Position numbers and translations under genes: made by a program. A stretch of 64,000 nt of DNA from Octopus sinensis (Eukaryota): NCBI RefSeq assembly GCF_006345805.1, contig NC_043005.1, positions 89,094,001 to 89,158,000 of the forward strand, in the 5' to 3' direction. Below are positions 38,370 to 50,780 of this stretch, in pieces (the first letter of the stretch is position 1; each line of letters begins with the position of its first letter). Under the pieces are notes generated by a model. That model saw only the letters and a program-made list of their open reading frames with translations, made no database searches and was not told the DNA's origin.

Positions 38370-38620
38370 TGTCCTAAAACTGATCAAAGAGAAAAGGATC
38401 CCATCACCTTTAAACGGAGTCTGGACAGATTTCTTCAAGGAATACCAGATAAGCCACCCATACCTGGATACAACTCCTTCAACAAGAACTCACTACTTGA
38501 ATGGACCATAAACAAAACTTGACTTAAAAAGGATTTAGATAATCCTATCAGGTGGTGCTATTAAGTTAAACATGGCCTGGACCAATCTTTGCTCGAAACA
38601 TATCTAACTTTTATCTAAGT
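38370..38620 (+). mobile_element. LINE 3' end fragment (CR1/L2/Nimb-like)
   Basis: FKRSLDRFLQGIPDKPPIPGY...NSL. Confidence 0.6.
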
Positions 38621-38969
38621 TTTTATACATTGCTTGCCAACTAATGTTGGTATCTTTACATCCCCATATTACCAGCATCACAAAAGAGACCTCAATAGAA
38701 TGAGTTCTTGGGTTCGATGCTCCTCGATTCCTTTATACCACCTAGTGTGTGTGGTATATTGTGTTGATTCAGTAATTATCGACCATCTTTAATTATACTC
38801 AATGTTAGACTCTTTGAGGTGTTTAATGTATGATGTGAATGTCGTGGGATTTTTTTATACTGGGGTGTCCCCTGTATCTATTTTTTAAATCAATAGCACA
38901 CCCTATATAAATTTTCCAATGTCACATAGAGCTCACTGATCTAACTTCGCATATATACTGAACTAACCG

Positions 38970-39058
<89 letters not shown>

Positions 39059-39066
39059 ATATATAT

Positions 39067-39101
<35 letters not shown>

Positions 39102-39203
39102 ATATATATACATATATATATACATATGTGTATATATGTGTATATATATATACATACACACAAACATATATAAATATGTATATACACACTCATATATATT
39201 CAT

Positions 39204-39244
<41 letters not shown>

Positions 39245-39246
<2 letters not shown>

Positions 39247-39855
39247 TATAAAGTCTTCTGGCAAGGTAACATGGATGGTGTAGGGGGTGTAGGCATACTC
39301 CTTGCGGAGAAACGGGTGGATAGAGTCATAGAGGTTGTTAGGGTATGTGATAGAGTGCCTAAGCTCAGGCTGGTCCTGCAGAACAGCACAGCTACAATTA
39401 TCTCCGCCTACACCCCACATGCGGCGCTAGCAAATGATCAGAAGGACCACTTTTATGATACCCTTCTACAGGCTACCTCAAAGACGAGTGGCAATGACCT
39501 CATCTTTGTGGCTGGAGACTTTAATGGGCATGTTGGGCGGCAATCTGATATCTTCACTGGGGTACACGGTAGCCATGGTATTGGCACCCGAAACGATGAG
39601 GGAACCAGGCTACTGGTGTTCTGTGATGCATGTAACCTTTTAATCTGCAACACTAACTTCAGGAAGCCAGACAGCCATCTGATAACCTATCAATCGGGGG
39701 ACTCTGCAAGCCAGATTGATTTCATCCTCACCAGACACCGGGACGCAGGGTTGCTCTTAAATATAAAGACCCTCCTGGGTGAAGAATGTACTTCCCAGCA
39801 TAAGCTAGTCATTAGTGACTTTAGGCTTGAGGCCAGAAGGATACCAAGAAGCAGC
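39245..39855 (+). mobile_element. RTE APE domain fragment (second family)
   Basis: [19 protein letters not shown]...GDFNGHVG...SQIDFIL. Confidence 0.92.
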
Positions 39856-39868
39856 CATATACACATAT

Positions 39869-40227
39869 ATCTCTCTATATATAAACGGAAGTGTCTGTGT
39901 GTGTTTCTGTGTGTCTGTCAGGTTGACCCTCACCCTGACCACGGCTTCAACCGATTCTGATGAAACTTGACACACACATAGCCCAATGTCATAATTCAAA
40001 ACTAACGCAGCGAAAATTTTGAAAAGTCCCCCAGTTCTGACAAAAATCGATAAATTCGACATGGGGTCGAGAATCGAGAAACACAACCACGACTGTCTAG
40101 GGGACGCAACTCGACCTTTTAACTAAAAAAAAATTTACCATCATTTTTCCCATTTTTTGGCTATAACACTAAAAAGCTTATAGTTATTTCCCTACAAACC
40201 CAAGCAACGCCGGGCGATACTGCTAGT
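39869..40227 (+). mobile_element. HINE (non-autonomous Helentron)
   Basis: 5' ATCTCTCTATATATAAAC...CTGTCA; 3' CCCAAGCAACGCCGGGCGATACTGCTAGT. Confidence 0.85.
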
Positions 40228-40285
40228 GTGTATTATGTGTTCATATAGTATATATACGGGTCCGTGTGTGATTGTGTATAGAAGA

Positions 40286-42708
40286 ATCTCTCTGTATATA
40301 AGGCAGTTTGTCTGTCTTGTGTCTGTCAGGTTTACCCTCACCCTGACCACGGCTTTCTACCGATTCTGATGACACTTGACACACACATAGCCCAATGTCA
40401 TAATTCAAAACTAACGCAGCGAAAATTTTGGAAAGTTTCCCCAGTTCTGAAAAATTTATAAATTCGACATGGGGTCGAGAATCTAAGCTTTTCATATGCA
40501 ACACATTTTCTGTTGTAGTTTTCGCAACTCTTGCAATCAATTTTCACCAAGCTCATGGTGAAGCTTAATGTTACCCTAAGGAACTTAATTCTGACGTTAG
40601 TTTTCCGTGAAATACCTTACCATCAGAAAAAATCGATAAAATCATGCCATTTTGGGAAATCGCGTTCAAATTCAAGATGACATATTTTCGACAATATATT
40701 TAACAAATTGGCAGGAATTTTTTTTTAATTCACAGCGAGCATCATGTCTGCTCCAAGGAGCTATATGGCTCTTTTTATTCCAATAGGATACTTTATTACC
40801 AGAAAAAATCGGTTAATTAAATCATGTGGCACACATAGCAAACCGATTTGTGTATTAAACACAAACCACAGACTGTCTAGGGGACGCAACTCGACCTTCT
40901 TTAACTCTCTTACTCCCCCAAATAACTATCAAACAGCTATCGATAATTCAACCCACAGGAGGAAATCTAGACTTAATCTTCAAGGTATCCCACATACAAA
41001 CCAAAGCTTACTGCCCTATCGTCGAGATCACGTTCACCAACCTCATTTACAATTTTGCGCTTATTCAACTCGAAGACGCTGTCATCGATATGGGTGGCTC
41101 TACTTTAACGGACTACGGCCTTCCACCACCCACACGTGAACACGCCAATGTTATGTCTGCTGAATTGTTACGCGAAACTTCCTACTGCATTGAGGAACTG
41201 CACCAGTACGTCCATGATAATGAACCACAACTGCTTCTAGACCAGCGCATAGCCTACAACACCATCGCAGACTCTGTCAGACAGCAACGTGGGGGGATTT
41301 ACTTCCTTGACGCACCTGGCGACCCTGGCAAAACCTTCGTCACGAAACTAATTGTGGCGGAGGTCAGACGCAACATGGACATTGCCCTAGCTGTAGCTTC
41401 CTCTGGTATCGCGGCCACGTTGCCTCCGGGTGGCAGAACCGCCCACTCTGCCTTCAGACTCCCGCTCGATCTAGCAAAGTCCGAGTCACCTATCTGCAAT
41501 ATCGCCAAGAACTCAGAACAGGCCGACATTCTGCGCAGATGCAAACTCATCGTAAGGGACGAGTGCACAATGGCACACAAAGGCGCCCTTGAGGCACTGG
41601 ACAGGTCCCTGCAAGACATCAGAGACTCTACGGCACTCATGGGAGGATTGACTTTACTTCTTTCAGGAGACTTCAGGCAGACTCTACCTGTTATTCCAAA
41701 AGGAACCCGTGCCGATGCCGTGCGCACGTGCCATAAGTCGTCAGCTCTTTGGGCACATGTGCGGCCCTTGCACCTACAAACTAACATGCGCGCGCAGTTG
41801 ATTGGTGACTGCGGATCCGCTGCATTCACCAGGGACCTTTTATCGCTCGGTGAAAATATGCGGACGGCTGCGTTCAATTGGACTCACTTTGCACCACTGT
41901 CGACACCCCTGCTAGCCTCCGGGACGCTGTCTTCCATGACCTACAAAACAATCTACGCGACCTAAAATGGCTGGTAGGCAGAGCTATTCTCGCACCCAAA
42001 TATACAACCGTCAACTCCATCAATATCCAGCTACTTGAAGCTATTCCTGGTGATGTCCACGTCTACAAATCTATAGATAGGACAGCAGACCCCGCCGAGC
42101 TTGCCGATTATCCTGTTGAATTCCTGAATTCACTTGAACCGCCAGGCTTGCCGCCACACATCCTGAAGTTAAAAGTCGGTGCGCCCATTATGCTCATCAT
42201 GAATTTGGTTCCACCTAAACTGTGCAACGGCACACATCTGGTTATGAAACATTTGGCACCACATTTAATAACGGCAACAATACTTACCGGTTGTGAGAAG
42301 GGAGAGGGCGTCTTCATTCCACGCATGCACCTTCAACCGCCGGGCGCTGACCTACCAATCCACTTCAGGCATTCTCAGTTTCCTGTTAAACTCTGCTTCG
42401 CAATGTCCATCAATAAATCCCAAGGCCAATCGCTACAAGTCGCTGGGTTACATTTGGGCGAACAGTGCTTCGCCCACGGTCAACTCTACTTGGGCTGTTC
42501 ACGTGTTGGGAGGCGCAATGATGTTTTCATGTTTTCGCCCAAAGGGGCAGCTAGGAACGTCGTATACACAGAAGTATTGGAGTGAAGAGAAGACATTGCA
42601 ACCTACACATGCGCTTTCGTTCCCTAGAAGGAAAGGACTAGATCGGGATTAGTCGTTGCCAACTAGGGGATTTTACATACCCGGGCAACGCCGTGCTATG
42701 CTGCTAGT
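40286..42708 (+). mobile_element. Internally deleted Helentron/Helitron carrying a Pif1 helicase
   Basis: 5' end homologous to the adjacent HINE; 3' CCCGGGCAACGCCGTGCTATGCTGCTAGT; no Rep motifs seen. Confidence 0.85.
41090..42585 (+). pseudogene. Helitron Pif1-family SF1B helicase, one frameshift near 41860
   Basis: FLDAPGDPGKTF, VASSGIAATL..GGRTAHS, IVRDEC, GDFRQTLPV, QFPVKLCFAMSINKSQGQS, HGQLYLGCSRVG. Confidence 0.93.
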
Positions 42709-43352
42709 ATGTTAATAACAGGAATTCCAACCTTGTCTGATTTTCACGTTTTATTTACAATCTTATAATAATATAATATAAGATAATATAATATAATAAA
42801 ACAAAATAAGATAATAATATGTTGAATGTTCATTCTGATTGAACTATTACTTTCATGCATTAAATTATGCAATCTTCAGGTTCATGTAGCAGTGGTGACA
42901 GTCATGCTTCACAATTTTTGACTGTAGCGAGATGGTTAAATCTGTGCCTTAAATACACCTGTGTCTCCAGATTGCTAGGTTTTGCAAACTGTATTCTGAC
43001 AAATCAGTGTGTAGCATCACTCAATTACTTAAGCTGATTGGTTTAGGCGTCACGCTTTGTTGAACATGTCAAGAGTCCTGTATCTTAACCCTGGCCGAGG
43101 CAGCAATTGTTGGGCTGTTTTTAGAAATGTTGTAAATAGCCTTTGTCAGGGGTTTTTATATTTCAATTCTCATCATCATCATTGTCAGCACCTTAATTAC
43201 TGTTGCTAGTGGTGATGGTGGTGGCAATAGAACTTTTAACCCTAAATAAGATCATTTTCCTGCTATATTCATCTTGATCACCTTTAGTATTGTTGTTGTT
43301 GTTAATGGTCATGGTCGTAGCAGTAGAAGTAGTACCTCTAAGTATTATTATT

Positions 43353-43670
43353 ATTGCTTATTTAGCTTGGATTCGAATTTATCAATAAAATTCTTTTCTC
43401 TGATTTTCCTCTCGATTTCACTTGGGCTGTGTAATTTGTAGAATGGAAATATTATATATATTTTCCGACCACATGTTGCTAGGTGGTTACTCAAAGGTAT
43501 CTGACGGACCTCTGGGTCTCTAATCTGTTGTCGGTGTACAGTGAGCGTTCTGATAGTGCATTTCCCGTCTGACCTACATATATTTCTTCACAATTTGGGC
43601 ATTTGATGCAGTAAATTAAATTTCTGCTTTTGCAGTTCATATTCGCGTTTGTGACTATTTTCCCGGTTTT
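43353..43670 (-). mobile_element. Penelope-like GIY-YIG endonuclease remnant
   Basis: NMNCKSRNLIYCIKCPNCEEIYVGQTGNALSER / HRQQI...REKNFIDKFESKLN. Confidence 0.88.
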
Positions 43671-43709
43671 TGTGTTTATATATGACCGGTATGTATGAAT
43701 TGTTATGTT

Positions 43710-43775
<66 letters not shown>

Positions 43776-43826
43776 GTGCGTGTATATTGTTTCATATATA
43801 TATTTATATTTTTTATTGTACTTTAT

Positions 43827-43954
43827 AATCTCTGACGAGGCCTAGGGATATATATAAGTACGTCATTTTCAACTACCTACCACCTCAATACACTTGACTT
43901 ATATAGGCACAATGAGTTACTATTATCCATTGGCTGAAACAGCTGTAAGTGATT
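43827..43954 (+). ncRNA. Minimal type-I hammerhead motif with a long stem-II insert
   Basis: CTGACGA (43832-43838), GGCC...GGCT stem II, GAAA (43936-43939), C-AGCT-G-T-A; weak, bulged stem I. Confidence 0.55.
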
Positions 43955-44165
43955 TTAATAATTTATATTCATGTTTTTTAATAACTACTTGTATTATTAT
44001 CTTATATGCATTGAATAATGTACTATATGTATATATGTTATTATGGTTGTCGTTTTAATAAATAAATAAGTCAACATTTTAATATCCTAAAGCTGATGAA
44101 CCAACTCCTGTGCTTCTCCATTTTCTTATTTGTAATATATATACGTGTATGTATGTATCTATCTA

Positions 44166-44238
<73 letters not shown>

Positions 44239-44919
44239 TATATATATATGTATATATGATATATATATGATATATATATATATATATGTATATATATTTA
44301 TATATATATTGATAGATAGATATATAGACAGATATATATATATACATGTATGTATATACATATATAAAGACCTGTTAAACAAGTGAAGCCATTGTGGCTG
44401 ATGACAGTACCGCCAGATTGGCACCTGTGCTGGTGGCATGTAAAAAGCACCATTCAAGTGTGGTCAATGCCAGTGCCAGCTGATGTTGATGAAGATGTCA
44501 TCATCATCATTTAACATCTGTTGTCCATGCTGGCATGGGCTGGTTGTCAGACTGGGCTGGCATGCTGGAAGGCTGCTCTAGACTCCACTCTGATTTGACA
44601 TGGTTTTCTATGGCTGGATGCCCTTCCTAATGCCAACCACTCTGAGAATGCAATGGGTGCTTTTACGTGCCGTGGGCATGGGTGCCATTTGCGTGACACC
44701 AGGCTGCATTTACATGCAACCAGCACAGGTGCCAGTTTGCATGACGCTTGTATCTGCCAAGACTGCAATTTCACTCAGCTTGTTGGATCTTCTTCCTGAG
44801 CATATATAATGCCAAAGGTCATGGTCATTGTCTCTGTAAGGTCCAACACTTGAAAGGAACTCATCCACTTGGTCTCCATGAGGCCCAAAGCTTGAAAAGA
44901 ATTCAGCCACCTCACCTCC

Positions 44920-45824
44920 ATGAGGTCCCTGGACTAGTTATGCTTAATAAAAAATAACTTATTTACCTAAGTTTTAACATCATCACCTTTGAAATAGTCA
45001 CCTTGCACAGCAATACACCAGTCTCAGCATTACTGCCATTTTTGGAATCCAGCCTGGAAGTTGTTTTCCATAAGGGAGTCAAGAACCTTCTGTAATTTGC
45101 TCTTGATCTCGACAATAGCACTAAAACAGTGACCTTTGAGCTGCATTTTCATATTGGGGGAAGAAATGGAAGTTTGACGGTGCTAAATTTGGCAAATAGG
45201 TTAGGTGTGGAAGGAATACCAAGCAGCTGTTTTTGGTGAGAAACTCACAAGTGATGAGAGCTTGGTTACAGGATGCAGTGTGGTCTTAAAGAATCCAGTT
45301 CTTCACGTTCCACAGATCCGGTTGCTTTTGCTTAATCTCCTCCCTCAGATGCTTCAAAACATTGCAGTAGAACTCTCGGTTGATCGTCTGACCCTGGGGG
45401 ATGAATTCTTGATGCCCCATTCCACATTTCCAGGAGTAACACTTGTGGCAGGTCTTCCAGATTGCTCATTGCTTTCCAGGACATTCTTCCACTTTTGAAG
45501 CACCTGTGCCTCTCGAAACATTACACATGACCCATAACCTTGCAGAAGCATGCTCAATGTCTTTGTAGCAGACTACCCAAGTTTAATGCAAATTTTCACA
45601 TAGGCTCTTTTTTCCAACTTCCTGTTCAGGACAAAATTACAGATGGCAGCAGACACGTGATCACAAAAACACAAAGCATCGCAACTGGTGAAGTAAAAAC
45701 AGTGATGTTACTTTGCACATTGCCTCATAAAGGTCAGCGTTAACTCTCACTGTGCATGCAACTGTGTGCTGCCATCTGTTGGCATGCTACAGAACTAGTC
45801 CAAGAACATGGTGATATCACCTTG

Positions 45825-45827
<3 letters not shown>
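44920..45827 (-). mobile_element. Degraded mariner element with internal deletion
   Basis: Fragments KICIKLG.SATKTLSML and EFIPQGQTINREFYCNVL; terminal GGACTAGT-containing repeats at both ends. Confidence 0.75.
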
Positions 45828-45856
<29 letters not shown>

Positions 45857-46193
45857 AAGGTGCATGACTCAGTGGTTAGAGCGTCGAGCTTATGATTGTG
45901 AGGTTGCGAGTTCGATTCCTGGACCAGGCTGTGTGTTGTGTTCTTGGGCAAGACACTTTATTTCTCGTTGCTCCAGTTCACTCAGCTGTAGAAATGAGTT
46001 GCGATGTCACAGGTGCCAAGCTGTATCGGCCCCATTGCCTTTCCCTTGGATAACATCGGTGGCGTGGAGAAGTGGAGCTGGTATGCATGGGTGACTGCTG
46101 GTCTTCAACAAACAGCCTTGCCCTGACTTGTGCCTCGGAGGGTAACATTCTAGGTGCAATCTCATGGTCATTCACGACAGAAGGGGGTCTCCT

Positions 46194-46195
<2 letters not shown>
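45857..46195 (+). mobile_element. tRNA-derived SINE with CORE/V-like body
   Basis: A/B boxes (TGACTCAGTGG, GAGTTCGATTCC) followed by TGTGTTGTGTTCTTGGGCAAGACACTT. Confidence 0.8.
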
Positions 46196-46227
<32 letters not shown>

Positions 46228-46547
46228 CATGTGTGTGTGGGGGGGGGACTTACTTCAACTAATGTTGTTTTGAGTTTTGTCATTTTTATCAAAGATGCTA
46301 AAGGAAAAAAATAAACTTCAATCAATTTCTCCAGTGTCAGTGAACATATGCAAAAGCATAAAGATATTTTTTAAAACCCTTAAAAAGAATAATACTGAAG
46401 AGGAAAAATCAAATAAAACGTGTGAAAATATTTACAAATCATTAAATTAAACAAATATAAATAATTTTTTTAATTGATTTAAGTAATGTTAAGTAATTTT
46501 TTTTTAGTTAAGATGTCACGTGTCTTGGAGCCAGTTACTGACTTAAG

Positions 46548-46593
<46 letters not shown>

Positions 46594-46789
46594 CACGCAT
46601 ACACACACACACAATGCTGGTGGTATATTTCATTATTAGAAACGTGATTTTCAAGTGAGATGAATCAGACTGTCTCGTGAATAGGAGTAGCTGATGATAT
46701 GTCCACTGAACACATGTTCCTCTTCACAAGGTCAGGACATGCGTATATATACATACTACACACATGTTTATACATGGATACAAACATAA

Positions 46790-48105
46790 GTATGTATGCA
46801 TGCATGCATGCATGTATGTATGTATGTATGTATGTATGTATGTATGTATGTATGTATGTATGTATGTATGCACGTATGTATGCATGTATTTATGTATGTA
46901 TGTATGTATGCATGCATGTATGTATGTATGCATGTATGCATGTATGTATGTATGTATATATGTATGCATGCATGTATGTATGTATGCATGTATGCATGTA
47001 TGTATGTATATATGTATGCATGCATGTATGTATGTATGCATGTATGCATGTATGTATGTATATATGTATGCATGCATGTATGTATGTATGCATGTATGCA
47101 TGTATGTATGTATGTATGTATGTATGTATGTATGTATGTATGCATGTATGTATGTTATGTATGTATGTATGTATGCACGTATGTATGCATGTATTTATGT
47201 ATGTATGTATGTATGTATGCATGCATGTATGTATGTATGCATGTATGCATGTATGTATGTATATATGTATGCATGCATGTATGTATGTATGCATGTATGC
47301 AGTATGTATGTAATATGTATGTATTATGGGTATGTATGTATGCATGTATGTATGTATGTATGTATGTATGTAGGTATGTAGTATGCATGTATGTATGTAT
47401 TATGTATGTATGTATGTATGTAATGTAGTATGTATGCACGTATGTATGCATGTATTATGTATGTATGTATGTATGTCATGCTGTATGTAGTGTATGCATG
47501 TATGCATGTATGTATGCATGTATGTATGTATATATGTAGTGTATGTGTATGTATGTAATGTATGTATGCACGTATGTATGTATTATGTATGTATGTATGT
47601 ATGCAATGTATGCATGTATGTATGCATGTATGTATGAATGTATGCATGTATGTATGTATGCATGTATGCTGTATGCATGTATGTATGCATGTATGTATGC
47701 ATGTATGTATGCATGCATGTATGTATAAGGCATGTATGCATACATGTATGCATGAATGCATGCATGTATGCATGCATGTATGTATGTATGTATGCATGCA
47801 TGTATGTAGGCATGCATGTATGCATGCATGCATGTATGTATGTATGTATGTATGTATGTATGCATGTATGTATGTATGCATCATGCAGTGTATGTAGGTA
47901 TGTATATATGTATGTATGCATGCATAGTATGTATGTATGTATGTATGTATGATCATGCATGTATGTATATGTATGTAGTGTATGCATGTATGTATTAGTA
48001 TGTATGTATGTATGTATGTATGCATGCATGTATGTATGTATGTATGTATGTATGTATGTATTATGTATGTATGCATGTTATGTATGTATGTATGTATCAT
48101 GTATG
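46790..48105. repeat. Degenerate (ATGT/ATGC)n satellite, ~1.3 kb
   Basis: Direct inspection. Confidence 0.95.
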
Positions 48106-48307
48106 AGGGAACGCTGGTGATTCACTTCACAATTATTCTTCTTGTTGCAATTGTGAATTACCTGACTGATCATTCAGAAAATATCCTGAATAAAAAAAAA
48201 AGCAGGTGATATTACGTCTGCAGAATAAAGAGCGGATTCTTATACACCTTGCGGTACTTCATGTAGTTATTTTATACACTTATATGCTTGTATATACTTA
48301 TCTATAT

Positions 48308-48677
48308 ACTAGCACTATGACCCGGCAACACCGGGTCATAGTGCTAGTGCATGTATATACAGCTGCGTACGTGCGAACATTCACGCGAGTACTGTCCAAA
48401 TCTCCGACCAATCCCATACAGCTAGCTGGCATTCAATTGGTGTATCAAGTTTCGGGCATTTTGATTGAGTTTTGGATACAAAATTCACAAAAAAGTCACT
48501 TCTATTGATTTTGTAAAGGCTTTGTGGGGTGACTGGGGAAATGTAAAGATGTGCACGACCATCCTTTGATGATTTTGAATGACCATAGAAAGTGTGAGCC
48601 CTCTAACTGAAAAATTGTGGATTTGTATATAGGACACACACACACACAGACATTTTGCCGTTTATATATAGAGAGAT
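48308..48677 (-). mobile_element. HINE with an 18-bp perfect 3' hairpin
   Basis: 5' ATCTCTCTATATATAAACGG; terminal ACTAGCACTATGACCCGG-caaca-CCGGGTCATAGTGCTAGT. Confidence 0.8.
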
Positions 48678-48734
48678 ACAGAAGCAATTATTTGGATAAG
48701 CAAATTAGATGCATCAAATATATGAAATATATTT

Positions 48735-48965
48735 ATTTTTTCATTGCCCACAGGGGGATAAACACAGAGGGGACAAACAAGGATAGACAAAGGGATTAAG
48801 TCTATTACATCGACCTCAGTGTGTAACTGGTACTTATTTAATCGACCCCAAAAGGATGAAAGGCAAAGGCGACCTTGGTGGAAGTTGAACTCAGAATGTA
48901 ACTGCAGACGAAATATCGCTAGGCAGTTCTTCCAGCATGCTAACGATTCTGCCAGCTCACCACCC
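48735..48965 (-). mobile_element. tRNA-derived SINE (same family as 708-937), diverged
   Basis: Colinear similarity. Confidence 0.85.
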
Positions 48966-49194
48966 TAATATATTAAGTGTATTAATCACTTAATTCAATT
49001 AATACATTTGGTGTATCAAAGTTGCTTATCCCTGTAGTTGCTTCTATACACATTCAACCTGGTCCCTCTTATACCCATTCTTTATCCCATGGAATTGATC
49101 CCTTGTAAAAACATCAGAATCTAAGTTTGAATCTTTTGAGCACTGTCTTCTACACGGAGAATCTCTTGATCTCATTTGTGGACTATAAATATAT

Positions 49195-49248
49195 AGCAAA
49201 GCAATTTGAACGAGGAGGCTCGAGCCTCCTCGTTCAAATTGCTTTGCT
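49195..49248. repeat. Perfect 54-bp spacerless palindrome
   Basis: AGCAAAGCAATTTGAACGAGGAGGCTC|GAGCCTCCTCGTTCAAATTGCTTTGCT. Confidence 1.
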
Positions 49249-49292
49249 GCGCCTCTGTTCTGTTTTGTTCTGCCAACGGAATTCCTATTTTT

Positions 49293-49372
49293 TTCCTGAA
49301 GAGAAAGCCACAATATGGTATCCTTATTTAATCAGAATTTGGAAAATTGTGGCTTTTGAAACATGTGTAGAA
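49293..49372 (+). ncRNA. Minimal type-I hammerhead ribozyme motif, intact core
   Basis: TTC CTGAAGA GAAAGCCACAAT [31 nt] ATTGTGGCTTTT GAAA CATGTG TA GAA: 12-bp stem II, GUA site, 3-bp stem I. Confidence 0.75.
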
Positions 49373-49431
49373 TGCAATAAAAGGAATTCTGTTCAATCTT
49401 CGTTCAACTCCATTTCTTCAATTCACTAATA

Positions 49432-49528
<97 letters not shown>

Positions 49529-49849
49529 TATGTGTGAGTGTGTGTGTGTATGTATGTATGTATGTATGTATGCATGTATATACAGAGTGCGATGGGTAAA
49601 TTGTCACCATTTTATATTTTTAATTTCGTGCATGTGTATTGTTTTTTTGTTTTTTTTATTTTGTCAACTAAACAGTATAGTCGGGTCAGTTGGGCACCGT
49701 CTGTAAGAAAAACAGCACCATGGTGCAATTCACTATGCCAGAAAATTGGAAATGACACGCTGTACTGCTTGGCATTTGTGCTGGAAACTCCAATATGAAC
49801 AGATGGTGAGCACACAGAACAACCATTGGCTTGCTGTGTCCCCAAAACA

Positions 49850-50310
49850 TTTACCAAGAATGATAAAAATCACAGCTGTCCTCGTCCATATGCATCACAT
49901 GACCATACCACTGCAGTTTGTCTCTCTTGCACACCACATTTTCTCTCAAGAGGCTTACGCTTTGTCATACATGCACTCTGACATTGCACATCCAACTAGT
50001 TTCATTTCTTTCAAACCTCCGCATGCCCTCAATGGTCACAGCCCATGTTTCACTGCCGTGTAGCATGGCTATTTGCACACAGGCATCGTACAATCTACTT
50101 TTCCCTCTGAGGGAGAGACCCTTTGTTACCAACAGATGTAGGAGCTCTCTCAACTTTGCCCAGCCTGTTCCTATTCTAGCAGCTATGCTCTCAGAGCATC
50201 CACCCCAACTACTGACTTGGTTACCTAGGTAACGGAAGTTATCAACTATTTCTAGTTTTCTCTCCTGGCATTTGATGGAGTCTTTGATTGTAACTGTGCA
50301 CCTTCCACAC
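49850..50310 (-). mobile_element. RTE RT C-terminal fragment (second family)
   Basis: LEIVDNFRYLG...LYDACVQIAMLHGSETW. Confidence 0.85.
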
Positions 50311-50717
50311 ACACATGTGTGCGTTTGTTTGTGTGGTCATATATGAATATGTATGTGTGGAGGAGGCTTTTCTTCTACAAAATTTTTAGGTTCCAAAATA
50401 TTCTAGTTTGTCCCTAACTTGAGCCTGTGGACCATGAAACCCAAGCTTACCTAGTTTTTAAAGTTATTTAAGCTGAGGATACAGGACTCCCATCGAATGG
50501 TAACTTTCTACCTACTAAAAAAGTGTTGGTAATAAAGGGCCTCTCCCTCTGAGTACACGAGCAAAGTGAAATAAAGCACTTTACTCAAGGAGCCAACGCA
50601 ATCTCCCCTCGCAGATTCGAACCCACGATCAACAAGTATGACCCAATCCCCTAACCACTAGGCCACTTGCTTTCAAGAAATATCTGAGACAAAAGAAACC
50701 CAGGCTTTGTGCAGTTA

Positions 50718-50780
<63 letters not shown>

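Noticed and set aside
41299-42652. Long antisense or alternative-frame ORFs over the helicase
   Set aside because: Shadow ORFs of a GC-richer coding region with no recognisable motifs.
46699-48100. [12 protein letters not shown]-type ORFs here and at 1826-2452, 3350-3796, 33416-33859, 38922-39389, 44096-44457 and 53296-54595
   Set aside because: Stop-free translations of microsatellites.
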